64,000 nucleotides of DNA. Origin: Dudresnaya verticillata (Eukaryota). The DNA lies in contig OZ374557.1 of the NCBI GenBank assembly GCA_977862235.1, positions 682,001 through 746,000 on the forward strand. The letters are read 5' to 3'. This document shows positions 49,101-60,414 of the stretch, in pieces; position 1 is the stretch's first letter; each line of letters starts with the position of its first letter. The translations under genes were made by a program, and so were the position numbers. The notes below the pieces were generated by a model that saw only the letters and a list, made by a program, of their open reading frames with translations, searched no databases and was not told the origin of the DNA.

Positions 49101-49697
49101 TGGGAACGGGATGAGATTAACCGATCACAAGAGGACATTCAACAAGAAAGAGATAACCTTCATCGGAGATGGGCAATCGCCAACGGGCTTCACACTGACG
49201 TTGGGGAAGTTTTGCAGGGTGTACGGGATCAGGTCAATACGCGTCAAGACGGGACAGCGATCATCAGTCACGAAGTTGTGGGGGTTGACGATGCGGATAT
49301 TGAGGCTGAACAACGAGAGAGAGAGGCTCGAAGTGAAGCCAGCAGGCAAGTATCATGGGATGGAGCCGTTAGTGTGTGCAACGAAATGCATAGGTTAGCC
49401 TCAAATTCTGGAGGTGAAATGGTCAGAGAGTTTATGATCTTTCTTAGGAAAGGTCATGACATGATGAGGGAAGGTAGATCTCCAATCAATGCAATTCCAC
49501 AAGCGTACACCGGCACTGGAAATGCACCGGCACCGGCACAAAGAGGTTCCCGTAACGCCTCGCAGAGTTACAAACCACGAAATCAACAAGTTGGAATCAG
49601 ATACAATGAATATACGTGGCCGGGATTTCAAACCGTCATGATGAGGGAGGTGGATGTTCGGGGGTTGGTGAGATGCAAGATCCGCTCAGAAACCTGA
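46139..49697 (+). pseudogene. MULE transposase region: FAR1/WRKY-like zinc domains, DDE core, degenerate SWIM
   Basis: C..C..HNH domains (RFRC..DICK..HNH; LVC..CPFEIRV..HNH). DFKAKGNEY, GFLSDETTETIRWFF, MDQS, DEWH and TEASNSE give the D, D, H and E positions. SCTCRLSRSSGFP lies at ~48947-48990. Stops and frameshifts are present. Confidence 0.88.
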
Positions 49698-49832
49698 ATG
49701 TCGTGTCAGGCATTAGAGGCCGTGGACAAAAAGGATCAGATCTGCAAATGAAGGGTGGGGAAGGAGGAGGAGGCAGGGCACAAGTGGCCCTTCAAGAGTG
49801 TTTAGTCAACCGGGTGAAACAGATCAGTAAAG

Positions 49833-52000
49833 TTACAGTCTGCTTTTGCTGCGTGCCGTGGGACGGCCAGGATTAGTCACGTCTGTGGATTGAGAGGGCT
49901 CCGCCGCACTGCTGGCTTCAGTCACTTTAGAGGATGGCCTCTCTGAGGAATCGGAAGGTTTTTCCTGACTCTCGGCGGGAATCGGCTCCGCAACCGTTTC
50001 AGCCGAAGGCGTTATAGCGGGTACTTCATTGCTCGCGGCGGGTGGCCCTCCCGGAGTGGCGATTTCCTTCCCAGCACCCGGGTGCTGGGCCCCGCACCCC
50101 TGCGTCGCTTTTGAGCCGGCTTCACTCGCTGCGCCATTGCCAGCAGCAGGTGGAGCTTTCTTAATAGGAGCTGGTATATTACCACTAGCAGTAGGTGCTG
50201 TTACTAGACCAATAGAAGCTGCAGCAGAAACAACCACAGCGGATCCAGAGGCCTTAACTGCCGCCGCGGACTCTGCGGGTAAAACCGGAACAGCTTCTTT
50301 CTCAGAGGCGGGCGTGGCCGCAGCGCTCTGTTTTTGTAGCTGCGGACGGGGAGGTGGAAGACTCGCATGATTGAATGGGCGGGGGCGAAGGGCCGATCCA
50401 GACCCAGCGGTATTCCCTCTCCCATCACCAGGTGCAAGTCCAGATGCAGAAGCACCTCCTCACGACGGTCTTCGGGCCCACCGACCGTTCCCTGGTTGAC
50501 ATCGTTGCGACCATCTTGGTCAAGGTGACCTTTGTAGCTGCCGCCTGGGCCAAAACCCCGGAACTGGTTCGTAGTCCTCCCGATAGCGCTGTTGAAGCGA
50601 TCCTTCTGCTGCACGTAGAAGTTGTCGCCAGAACTCCCATCATTATCCCGACATGGCCCATCATAATACCCAGTAGACGGACCAGGTAGATACGGGTTGT
50701 CTCGGTGGTCTCCATAGTTCGGGGGCGGTGAAATGTACCCATTGACAATGTTCTCATGGTAGATGGCCTCCTCGTGGGCCATCGGTGCAATCAGCTTCTG
50801 GGTATCCTCGTCATGGACAAACTCAATCAGCATCCTTCGCTGAATCTTGAACATCTCGACGCGCCTCTGCGCCGCCTCGAATGCGGGATCATCCGTTGAA
50901 GTGTAGGAACAAGACTGGCGAACGTATATAAAAAACCGCACATGGCGAGTACGGTCCAAGGACCGAATACGATTCCCCTGATCTACGAAGTCAAACTTCC
51001 ATACGCCACTCTCTGCCTTCACGTAGTGCCCATGATAATCCTGCCACCAAAGTCCAAATCGGTTAGTAGACAGACGCTCCATGGCATCCACGATGTCGCG
51101 CCCAGGTTCCATGTCCTCCTGATCCACATCCCAGACCCTCTCACGTGCAATAATTGCATTCACTTGGTCCGCAAACCAACTTCTCTGCTTCTGCGATACC
51201 TCCTTTAACGAGCTGCGCTCCCTGCGGCGCTCATCCTCACACTCATTCTGCGATATATTCTGAAAGCGAACGTGGCGCTCGTGGCTTCCTTGAGTGGAAA
51301 AGCCACCACCATGTCGAAATCCATTGCCACCCTCGCGACGTACCCCGCCATTTCGGTCTTGTGTGCTATCTTGGCCGCCCCCACCGTTGTTGTACCCATT
51401 GCCATTGTAGAAGCCACGATCGTTGTTGTAGACACGATCGCTGTTGTAGCCACGGTCGTTTTTGTAGCCACGGTCGTTGTTGTAGCCATCATCGATGTCA
51501 CCACGACCGTTTCTGTATCCACGGTCGTTGTTATAGGCACGGTTTCCGCGGTTGTTACTGTACCCATGGTCATCATTGTAGCCACGGTTGTTGTAACTCC
51601 CGTTGCGGTCATGACCACTACCACGCCCATGCCCACGCCCACGCCCACGATAAACGCCATAGTTTTCTCCATTGTGCTTATCAATTCTTCCATCTTCCTG
51701 GAGCATGTTCTTGAAAGGGAATGTAATGTAGTTCACAACCTGGCGGAACGTCGTAGGGTTGCTCCTGTTTACAAATACGTCTTCTGCCCTCTGATACAGA
51801 TTAGAAGAAGGTGCCATTGCAGGGCGATATTGAACGCCAGACGACTTCGGAACCTGAACCCTTGGTGGTTGGGATTGGATCTGGTTCCGATCTTGTGCTT
51901 GAGAACGCACCTGAAGCGTTTCCTGCATCGCAGCGGCCCCGTTACGGTATTCTTGCTGCAGTGTAGCTTGAAGACGAGTAGCATTAGCGGCATCGTTCAT
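49833..52000 (-). CDS. Second, convergent MULE gene: RGG and (R)GYNND low-complexity protein of unknown function
   Basis: 598-codon ORF 50204-52000. The A/P/S-rich frame ending at 49833 is probably its true C-terminus via a frameshift near 50460. Confidence 0.65.
51395..51600 (-). repeat. 18-bp tandem repeat encoding YNNDRG
   Basis: Roughly ten imperfect gccacg(g/a)tcgttgttgta units. Confidence 0.85.
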
Positions 52001-52730
52001 TGCAGAGTTGTGCGCAGAATGCAGCGCAGCAGCTTCTTGAATGCTTGGTTTCCTCCAAAAGCGGTAGATATCCCTGGAACGATGAGCGGGTTCGTTGCTG
52101 TGAGTCCCGGAACGCCTAGTAGAGATTGCTGAGTTTGCGGCGTATAGTTAGTCAGCGGAACGATCGTTTCGGCCTTATCTCGATGTAGAAACGCGCCCGA
52201 AGGGGTTCATACGATCGGCGTATTGGTAATGAAGGCGTTGCCAGGGGTTGGTCTGACAAGAGGGCCAATAAATGGGATGAGAGCACCGGAAGCGTTGGAT
52301 CCAGTAATGGGAACACCATTAACGCCAGTGCCGCTACCGTAGATGTAGTTTGACTGCATGGCACGCACGCTATGAAGGCGTTCGAATGCGAGATGAGGGT
52401 GTGCGTAGAAGCGCGGGTTGTGAGAGAGGAGGGATGATGTACGAAGCGGGAGTCAAGGTGCCGAGGTGGGTGTGCGAGGGTGGGTGGGCGGGCGGGGTAT
52501 TGGCAGGCGGGGGTGGGAGCGGCGTACGGATATTGGGAAAAGCGCAGATCTGGGCTCGATGCGAAAGCGCGCCGGCGGCGGCTCACCCAGCTCAAACCGT
52601 GTTTGGCTCTTTGCTGCCCGCGTGCCAGACGTCACGCGTTACGCCGGCACAGCGGCCGCGCACTGCACCCACACCCACCTACACCCAAAGTGGGATTCGG
52701 TTCTTACGCGAGATGGATGGGTACCCAATC

Positions 52731-52900
52731 CAAGTGTGAATCCGTGAGTACGGAATGCAATGATTGGCTGCCTCGTTCTCTCGCGACTTCGTGAGTATGC
52801 GCGACGTGGCCCGATTTATTCGTGAGTACGGATCACGCGGATTGGCTATCGGGCGGTATGATACACACCCACCCCACCATGGGTGTGGTGGTCCAGAGCC
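52731..52900 (-). repeat. MULE right TIR
   Basis: Reverse complement of the left TIR; three cgtgagta motifs. Confidence 0.92.
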
Positions 52901-53229
52901 TGCGAATCGTCCCTTTTTGACACCTCGGGCAGGAACCATGGTGTTGAAAGTCTATCTAGATATGAACTGTTGCTGTAAGGGAGGAGCTTTACGCGACACG
53001 GTTAACGTTCGTGTACCTCCGCGCGAGCTCCCGAGTGAGCTCGCCAGTTGCCCAGTCAGCGATTACCTTTTATGTCATGGTGCTGAGAGTAAACCGGGCT
53101 CGGAGGGGGGCAGAGTGGCTACTGTTTTTATGGTAGCATCGCGAACTGAGTATCGATCTCCGTCAGTCGGACCGCGCTTCTCTTGGTTCTAGTTTACTTT
53201 TCGTTTTCGCTGTCGCGTTTCTCGACCGT

Positions 53230-53537
53230 CACGGGAGATTCCAATCGAGAAGACAAGAAGCGCATCCCGAAGCTTCAAGGGTCTACGGATTATGCTGTCT
53301 GCCGCATCTGCATCCTCGAACTGCTAACCAGGGATGATGTGCTAGAATCCGTCACTGAGAATCCTCCGCCTGACTCTACATCTGTCGCTGTGCGTAATAA
53401 GTGGAAGAATTACAACCGCAAAGCCCGTTCTCATATTGTTCTACACTTCCGAGAAGAACCGATCATCTCCGTAAGCGGCATTACTCGGGAAGGAGGTTTG
53501 GCGAAGGACAATTGGGGCAAGCTTGGTGAGTCCTCCC
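53230..53537 (+). pseudogene. Copia gag N-terminal fragment
   Basis: IPKLQGSTDYAV..KWKNYNRKARSHIVL resembles the Copia gag N-terminus (UBN2-type). It is cut by an LTR at 53538. Confidence 0.6.
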
Positions 53538-55697
53538 TGTAGTGCAACACCCAAAAACGGGGATTGCCCCCACCGTGTTCGACGCGGTCTCCCGCGGTTA
53601 GGTAGCAGGCTCCATGCGGTGAGGCGGGCGCCTGTGTGGTGGTAGAACAGCCGAGACACGGGGTGTTCCATGGTTATAGTGTGACCGGGGTCGACTGTAA
53701 ACCCCCGATCCACCTGAAGTGCCGTAGTGCACGTAAACGTAGCGACGGCGATACACGCCGGTAGGATGGCGCGGAAGAGGGACTCAGAACAGGGTACGTA
53801 GCCCGAGTTGCCTGCGGTGGTGACACAGGAAGCAAAGTCGGGGGTACCCGCAGGTTCAGAGACCAACTTGGCGCTTTACTGTGAGAGGGGTTCACCCCGT
53901 ATACTACGTATCCCCCGCGGGAGGTGCGCGCACGTGTCTGGCGCCATGCGCCTGACACTTGGCATGCGCGCGCACCATGAGCTCACTAAAATATCGCGCA
54001 AAAATATCTAGCTGTGGTATGACGAGCGCTGGGGCGCTGTAAGGAGCCAAGTGTACACGCGACGCCTGTAAGGCGTGGTACACACGATTGAGATGGCTCG
54101 TTGCCATTGGACAATTAACTACGTAAGCACTATGAGCGCTGAGTGGTGGAGACGCGCCATGATTTCACTCCTATTTTGCGCACGGCGCATTATAGTGACG
54201 CCGTACGTACGGAAGCGGTATGAACGCTCATTCCTATTTTTAATCGCTAGTGTAACTGTTAGTGTACAGTATTAGCTCACTGTTAGCATTATAGCTCTAG
54301 CTGAGCGGGTAGTATGTGGTGTAGTGAAAGGCACACCTGTAAGGAGAGCTGATCAGGCAATCCCAATAAGGAGTGATCTCACACGGCACCGGGGTGGTAG
54401 AGCTTAGTTCGTAGACCGAAGGGAGTACCTCGAGCGGCAACACCTGTAAGGAGTAAAGGTCGCAACAGACAAGGGGGACGGTACAGTGCCAGGACAGCTA
54501 CACCGGGACGGAGGTAAGAGGAATCCGTGCACGGGGCTGGCGAGGGGAAACCGCGAAGGAGTATGAGAGTAAGGCTTAGGGCAAATCATTTTGCCCGGGG
54601 TTGCGTACCCGTTTACTGTAGGCCTCGCGGTGGCCACCCATTAATATACTGGGAGATACGTCCCGCGGTCCGGTCCGTGTGGGCCAGACCCCAATGGGTC
54701 TGGTACACCAGGTGGGTCCGGTCCTACTGGTCCCGGTCACCGTTGCGGACATGCTCGGCATTCTCATTGGCCGGCTGACACTACGTGCTGTACAGCATCA
54801 TTACAATTACCTAATTACAAATAAATCAACTACTTGGCTCCTATTGGTGGTGCGCGCAGACTCCAGCAGGGCATACAGTGCTACTGTGTCGCTGCACTCC
54901 CGCTTCGGCTTTTGGCGCCAGCTCACCGGTGCGCCGGTCGCGAGTCGGCTCAACCGTCGCCAGCACTCCACAATGGCCGCTTCACCATATTGTACCCTTC
55001 CGGCTCCCGCCGTATTTATTAGGCCCCTGAGTAGCAGGGGTCCCGCACTAAATGGGCAGCGGTGTGTGCCTTGGGGGTTTTCCCCTTTGTTGGACTCTCA
55101 CGGTATCGCCGCTACAACCCCCGTTAGGCATTTACAAGCCGTGCTACTTACGACGACTGCTCCAAGCAGTATGGTTCGCCTTCCCTTTTCCCCCTCTTTT
55201 GCAGGGCTTGCAGCCCACTCAAGTCTCTACCACCCCTTTTGGAGCTACCAACCACGCGAGTGGGATCACGCTTTCAGGACAGCTGTCGTGCTGTGTGGCC
55301 GTCTACTCTGGCTTGAAAGCCATTCTACTACGCTAGCGTAGAAATACTACTATCGTACTGTAAATCAGTCTAAACTAAGGGTGCGCATTACTGGTGCGCA
55401 CCCGAGCGAGGATTCCCTCGGGTATATTCGGCGCGCGTGTTGCGCGTGTACCCGTGGAGACGTGTCGCCCGTGTGTGCTGTTGGCGCGTGCTGTACGGGC
55501 CCGCGCGCACCGTGCCAAGGGCGCGTTACCCATTGGCCGGATCTCGTACGCGCAACATCCGCGCACAGGCCCATCCAAGCTGTCGGTTATCGGTGTATGC
55601 TATAGTCGCGGGTGATCCGCGTGTACCGTCGTCCGCTCACCGCGCGAGCGGGTGTAGCGATATAAAACGGGGCTTACCCCCGGGGCCTTGCACCACA
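53538..55697 (-). repeat. 3' LTR of truncated Gypsy element D (~1.48 kb), interrupted by a solo LTR
   Basis: Terminal inverted repeats TGTAGTGCAA / TTGCACCACA (9/10). Immediately followed by tcaccccctcc, a minus-strand PPT (GGAGGGGGTGA). Confidence 0.75.
54315..54989 (-). mobile_element. Solo LTR of the element C family
   Basis: 675-bp reverse-complement match to the C LTR; flanks TAGTA/TTGTA (4/5 TSD match). Confidence 0.93.
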
Positions 55698-56063
55698 TCA
55701 CCCCCTCCGAAGAGCGAACCCGCAGTGCCGGCCCTCATCCTCCAGTGTCATCCCCCTTTGTGCGGAGAGTCCTCCGATTGTATCGCGCAGCGACAACCCC
55801 GCCGCCGTCTTGACGACTCGTCTGTTGATTGACCGCGGCTCTCCGCTTTCCAAAACGGGACATGCACTGCGCTTGTGCGTGTGTTCCCTCTTCGGGGTTG
55901 ACCCCTGCGCGTGCCACATCGTTGAGCTGTCGTTGCGGCTCCCCGCGCACCCGCGTGCCGCATCGCAACTGCCGATTGGCGTCTCTTCTGAATCTCACCG
56001 AGACCTGCCCCCGTTCGTGCTACGTGCTCCCCTTCTTCGTGTAATCCCACTCAGCGTGCCATC

Positions 56064-57965
56064 ATGAGCCAACCGCCGTCACCGTCGCAGCGCGCCACCG
56101 TCGAAGAGGAGTACTTCTCCGAAATCAAACCCAACGTGGCAAGGGTGGCGATACCCGCTGAAGGTCGGAGCCAGTCGTCCGCCACGTTGCCAGTCGCGGA
56201 GCTACCCGCTGTGCCGAGGCGCCGGTTGGCGACATTGTCGGCGGTGCCGTCACCGATGAATCAGACAAAGAGTTCAGAGTTGCACCTACCCACGCCTATG
56301 CCAGCGGCTGTATCGACACCGCCATCGGGGTCATCCTCGTCCCCGCCGGTTATCGAATATCCAATACCGGCGGAGTTCGTCGGCATGATGCCGAATGACG
56401 ACCTCGACCTGTTCACCAGGGCCCCGTGGTTTCATCCACGCGATTATCGTAGGGCGGACATCATCGACCGGTATGTCCTCAACGGGTATCTCCCCGGGCA
56501 AATCCCCGCTGCTGTCTTGGATACGAAGTATTGGCACCTTCACGGGACGATACCCGTCCATCATCTCAATGACAGGAACCAGCCGCTCGATGCGGTCTTC
56601 CGCGAATGGGTGCGGCTGTTGTACCGCTGTCGCACGCGGACTGTCGTCCGTGCCCTCCTCCCGCCAGATCACAGCGTTGACTACGCGGTTTTCCGCACAA
56701 ATGGCGAAGTCGACTACGTTTGGTATCTCGCGGACCTGTACTTGCCGCAGTCTTGGCGTGGACGAGAACCGCGAGTTGAACAATCAGCGATTCTGCTGGG
56801 CATTCAGCTTCGGAACGAATTCCGTTATCTGCGTAAACGCGAGAACTCCTTCTGGGAGAAGATCCACTTCGAACGTCGCGAACGCTCGCGGTTGGGAGTT
56901 TTCGTCCCGTATCCACATGTCGAAGCGGCTCTCCTTCGGATGACTTACCGTAGACGCCACTACGTGAGTATTCCCTGCACTTGGGCCCTGGTACAGTCGT
57001 GTGAGGGATTCCTAGTGTAGTTACCCAACGTGTTTGGTTACTGTATGAGCGAGTTTCTTCGCGATCCCAAGACTGGGCTATGGACGGTGGCTTTCACCGA
57101 GTTCGTCGCAAAAACAGCCATGCACTGGCTCTGGGAAACATAAGACACCTTGCGCCTTTCGTTTCTACCCCCGACAATGACGTCGCTCATTGCGCAGCTG
57201 GATCTGCGGACGGTCCTTGGTGGTCAAGCTAATGACGACGAACTTCGCAGGCTGCTGCGGTTTCATGACGCCATTAATTGGAAAGACCCCCCGGTTGTCC
57301 CGCTTGCGAATCACAAACGCAGTCGCCTGCGGATGAATTTCTCGCCTGGTCTTCATCACCCCCATTGCGGGGACTTCGTATGGTACGACCCTTGGCGGCG
57401 TCAGTTGGTTGGCGAGGAAGAGGCACGGTATCACCGCTACAATCCAACCCTGATGCCTGCGGGCTACCCTTTCGGGTGCGTCTACGACGCCCTTGAACAG
57501 GGTGTCGCGGAAGAAGAAAGCGGAGACCTGATTGATGAGAAGGTGGGCGCCCACGGCATGGACGAAGTCGCAGAGCCGCCTGCTTCTTACGAATATTTGG
57601 ATGGGCCGCGTTCCCAGGCGCAGCGGGAGCTACGTGGTAATGCGTCGCCTTCCACCCCAGGAAGAGGGACTCGAGTCCGGGTGCTTCCGAATACGGAGGT
57701 GACTCCGAGTTTGCCAAACACTCCCAGCGTTGCGCCGTCGTCGGCTCTTCACACGCCTCAAAATCGACCGTCTGTCGCCCGCGCACCTGCCACGATTCAC
57801 ATTGTCATGTCCGATTTCTTACGGCGTGCGGGGGTGGACCTCGGGTTAAATCTATCCGAGTGCGAGCTCCGCGAGTGACTCCAGGTACTAGCGGCTGCTC
57901 CACTTGCCGGCGACAACGCTGCATCTCCAGTGGGGCAAATGCTGACGAACAGCGAGACACAATGA
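56064..57965 (+). pseudogene. Antisense accessory ORF of element D (unknown family, copy 3)
   Basis: 56064-57020 and 57150-57878 share one frame with in-frame stops, and are colinear with the B ORF over ~400 aa. Confidence 0.85.
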
Positions 57966-59959
57966 TCGTTGAAGCGGGGGATCCCCCGGATGCGGCGCCA
58001 GTGGAGACTACTCTCAGTGGGGCGACTGCTCCCGCAGGAGGCGACACGGCGGCCGATAATGAGGACGGGCCGAGGGTGATATCACCGCTGACCCTATGTT
58101 CGCTTGGATGAAGCGCAGGGATTAGCCGCGTCCACCAGCACCCACTGTGCGGACATGTAGTAGTAATCGAAGCGGTCGATCCGCGTGAAAATGTTCGTTG
58201 CTTGGTCAACGTGAAATAAAACCAACTTGCTTAGATGACGATCTCGCTGCATTAGTTAGTTAGCATTGCCGGTGCCACTCGAGGTGCCGCTTAAGCGTAC
58301 AAGCGGCGTACAGTTGCCAGTAGGTGTGCAGCGTGAGGTCTGTTAAAGCGGAAGCGAAGTCGTGGCCCGTAGTGTAGCGTGCGTTAAGGCCCATCATCAA
58401 AGGCGCTCTGTGTCGGGGCACTTAACAATAGACGAAGCGGTTCATCCACGTTTTGGATACTCGTTGACTAGCAACGTTGCTGGGTTAACCGCCGTGTTCG
58501 CTATTAGCCTCAACGTGCCCTTGTCATTCCAGAAGATGTCGCGATGGCGGTCGGCATGGTGAACCACGGGAGATTGGCCATTGGGTTTCAATGTGACCTA
58601 TGGCTATCTCATTCTACTGCATCCAGTGCGACGTTTTGCCAAGGCGACTCACTTGGAGCGTCCCACGAGCCTTCGCCAGGTCTGGGGGCGATAGTCGAAG
58701 CAGTTGGTCTGCGTAAATACGTTCGTTGGTTCTCAACGTAAATGACAAAGCCCGCTCCCATTGCCTGGGGGATTTCCTTCCAACCGTCGTTACCGCAAAA
58801 ACGGGCCCGTTGTTTTCCCTGTGAAGTCAACAGTAGTAAGCGAATCAGTCTTCCCACGTTTGAATATCCGTGGTCCGCCAATGTGTTAAAGTTACCGCTA
58901 TAGCATGCGTCGCCCAGGTATGGCAGTGGCTCTTAGTAAAGCGGGCTGCCCGAGTGGATGTTTTCATAGAAACAGAACCGACGCGTTCAAGTCGATCGTG
59001 GCGATTAGTCTGTGTAAGCGTAGTCAGGAAGCGGGTTATCCGCGTATTAAGGTTCATCTTTTCCCCACGTTTCTTCGCTCCCTCGCTCCCATGCTGCCGT
59101 GACCAGCTTTGATATGGACACATGTGCTGTGTACGTCGAGCTCGGTTAGGGGCAGTAGGCTTATGTGGGATATGTTTAATCCACGCGTAAGGATGCGCGT
59201 TGACAGCGATATGAGTAGAGTATCGGTTTGAATCCGCGTTTCCATTCCCATGCCATAGCCACGCCGATGCCAACCTCTGGCCAGTGATTTCAGCGTGTAG
59301 TGGTTAATCGAATTTTCCACGGTCGTTACCCGTTGAATTACAACATCACCTCCTCTTCCTTACCATTTTGTTGGCGCCACTTTCGACTAGGAGGCGGCCT
59401 AGCCGACCATAGCGCGATGTAGATTGCTGGGTGTTCCCAATTTAGCCTTTCGACAATATCGGGTATTCTAGTGAACTTTTACGCAATTAGAAAAGACTCG
59501 TCGCGGTATAGATGGGAAATTCTATCTATACTGTACTGAAACATTGTATGTACTTACTGAATACCGAACCGGTAGAGATCCTCTTAGCCAGTCGTCTGGC
59601 ACGATCTCCGAGGGTTTCCGGTAAGCGACTAGCGCCCGGACCTCTGAGTCTTCGGCAAACCCCTGTTTCTTCGAGTTCGGTGTCTTCGTGTTCGTGACCG
59701 CGGATACAGGCCAGCCTCCCTTTTGATAGCCCCGCGCACCCGGAGTCATCCCCGGTGGTCGATCGCTCGAGTTCTCTGTTCCGCGCACGAATACGTTAAC
59801 ACCGTGGTCCTTCGTGTTGGTCGCTCCGCTCTACCACGCTACTACCCCATTTCCTTTCTCCGTTTTCCCTTAGGCTACGAGGCCATACGTTAGGCTCCGA
59901 GGCCATCCCTTACTGTGCGAGACTTCCCCGCGTCTCCGTGGACATTCGTTATACCACAA

Positions 59960-60280
59960 TAAGGGTCTGGACCCGTGGTGGAATCGGCCCTGCTGGTCAC
60001 AATCTCCGACACGGACATGCGCAGCATTATCATTGGCTGGCCACTACTCTACGCACTGTACAGATACTCACTTAAATTAAAGAATAAATAATACAAATAC
60101 TCCGCTACGGTTGGTGCGCTTCACTGACAATACAGCAATGCGTACCAGAGCACAGTAATGCATACAACACCAACACGGTTACACGTTGCCAAATCATCAG
60201 CATGGCGCGCTGCCACATCTTCCATTACGGTTGGCTCGCCGTTGCCGCACCGCAGGCGCGCCACGGCTCACTTCACCACA
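59960..60280 (-). repeat. U3 end of the 3' LTR of truncated element E (diverged relative of family C); left boundary not found
   Basis: cttcaccaca|gaccccctccttaaatggcg matches the reverse complement of the C PPT/LTR junction, and the internal sequence resembles the C LTR. Confidence 0.75.
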
Positions 60281-60414
60281 GACCCCCTCCTTAAATGGCG
60301 CCACGTCCCCGTGCGCCCACCATCACGGATTGCCTTCTCTTCCACACCCACACACTCAACTGATACGGCTACCGCTCTCAACTTTCCCTATTCCTCCTTG
60401 CGCGTTCTTCCAGC

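Larger units (their letters stand above)
21293..52900 (+). mobile_element. Mutator-like element (MULE), ~8.8 kb once the two nested LTR elements are removed
   Basis: Long imperfect TIRs; identical 9-bp TSD TGCGAATCG at 21284-21292 and 52901-52909; MULE transposase inside. Confidence 0.95.

Noticed and set aside
51395..51600. Possible CRISPR-like array
   Set aside because: Contiguous coding repeats without unique spacers, a eukaryotic context and no cas genes.
51154..52132. V/T-rich and C/H-rich ORFs (286, 186 and 162 aa)
   Set aside because: Alternative-frame read-outs of the 18-bp repeat; the YNNDRG frame is the long coherent one.
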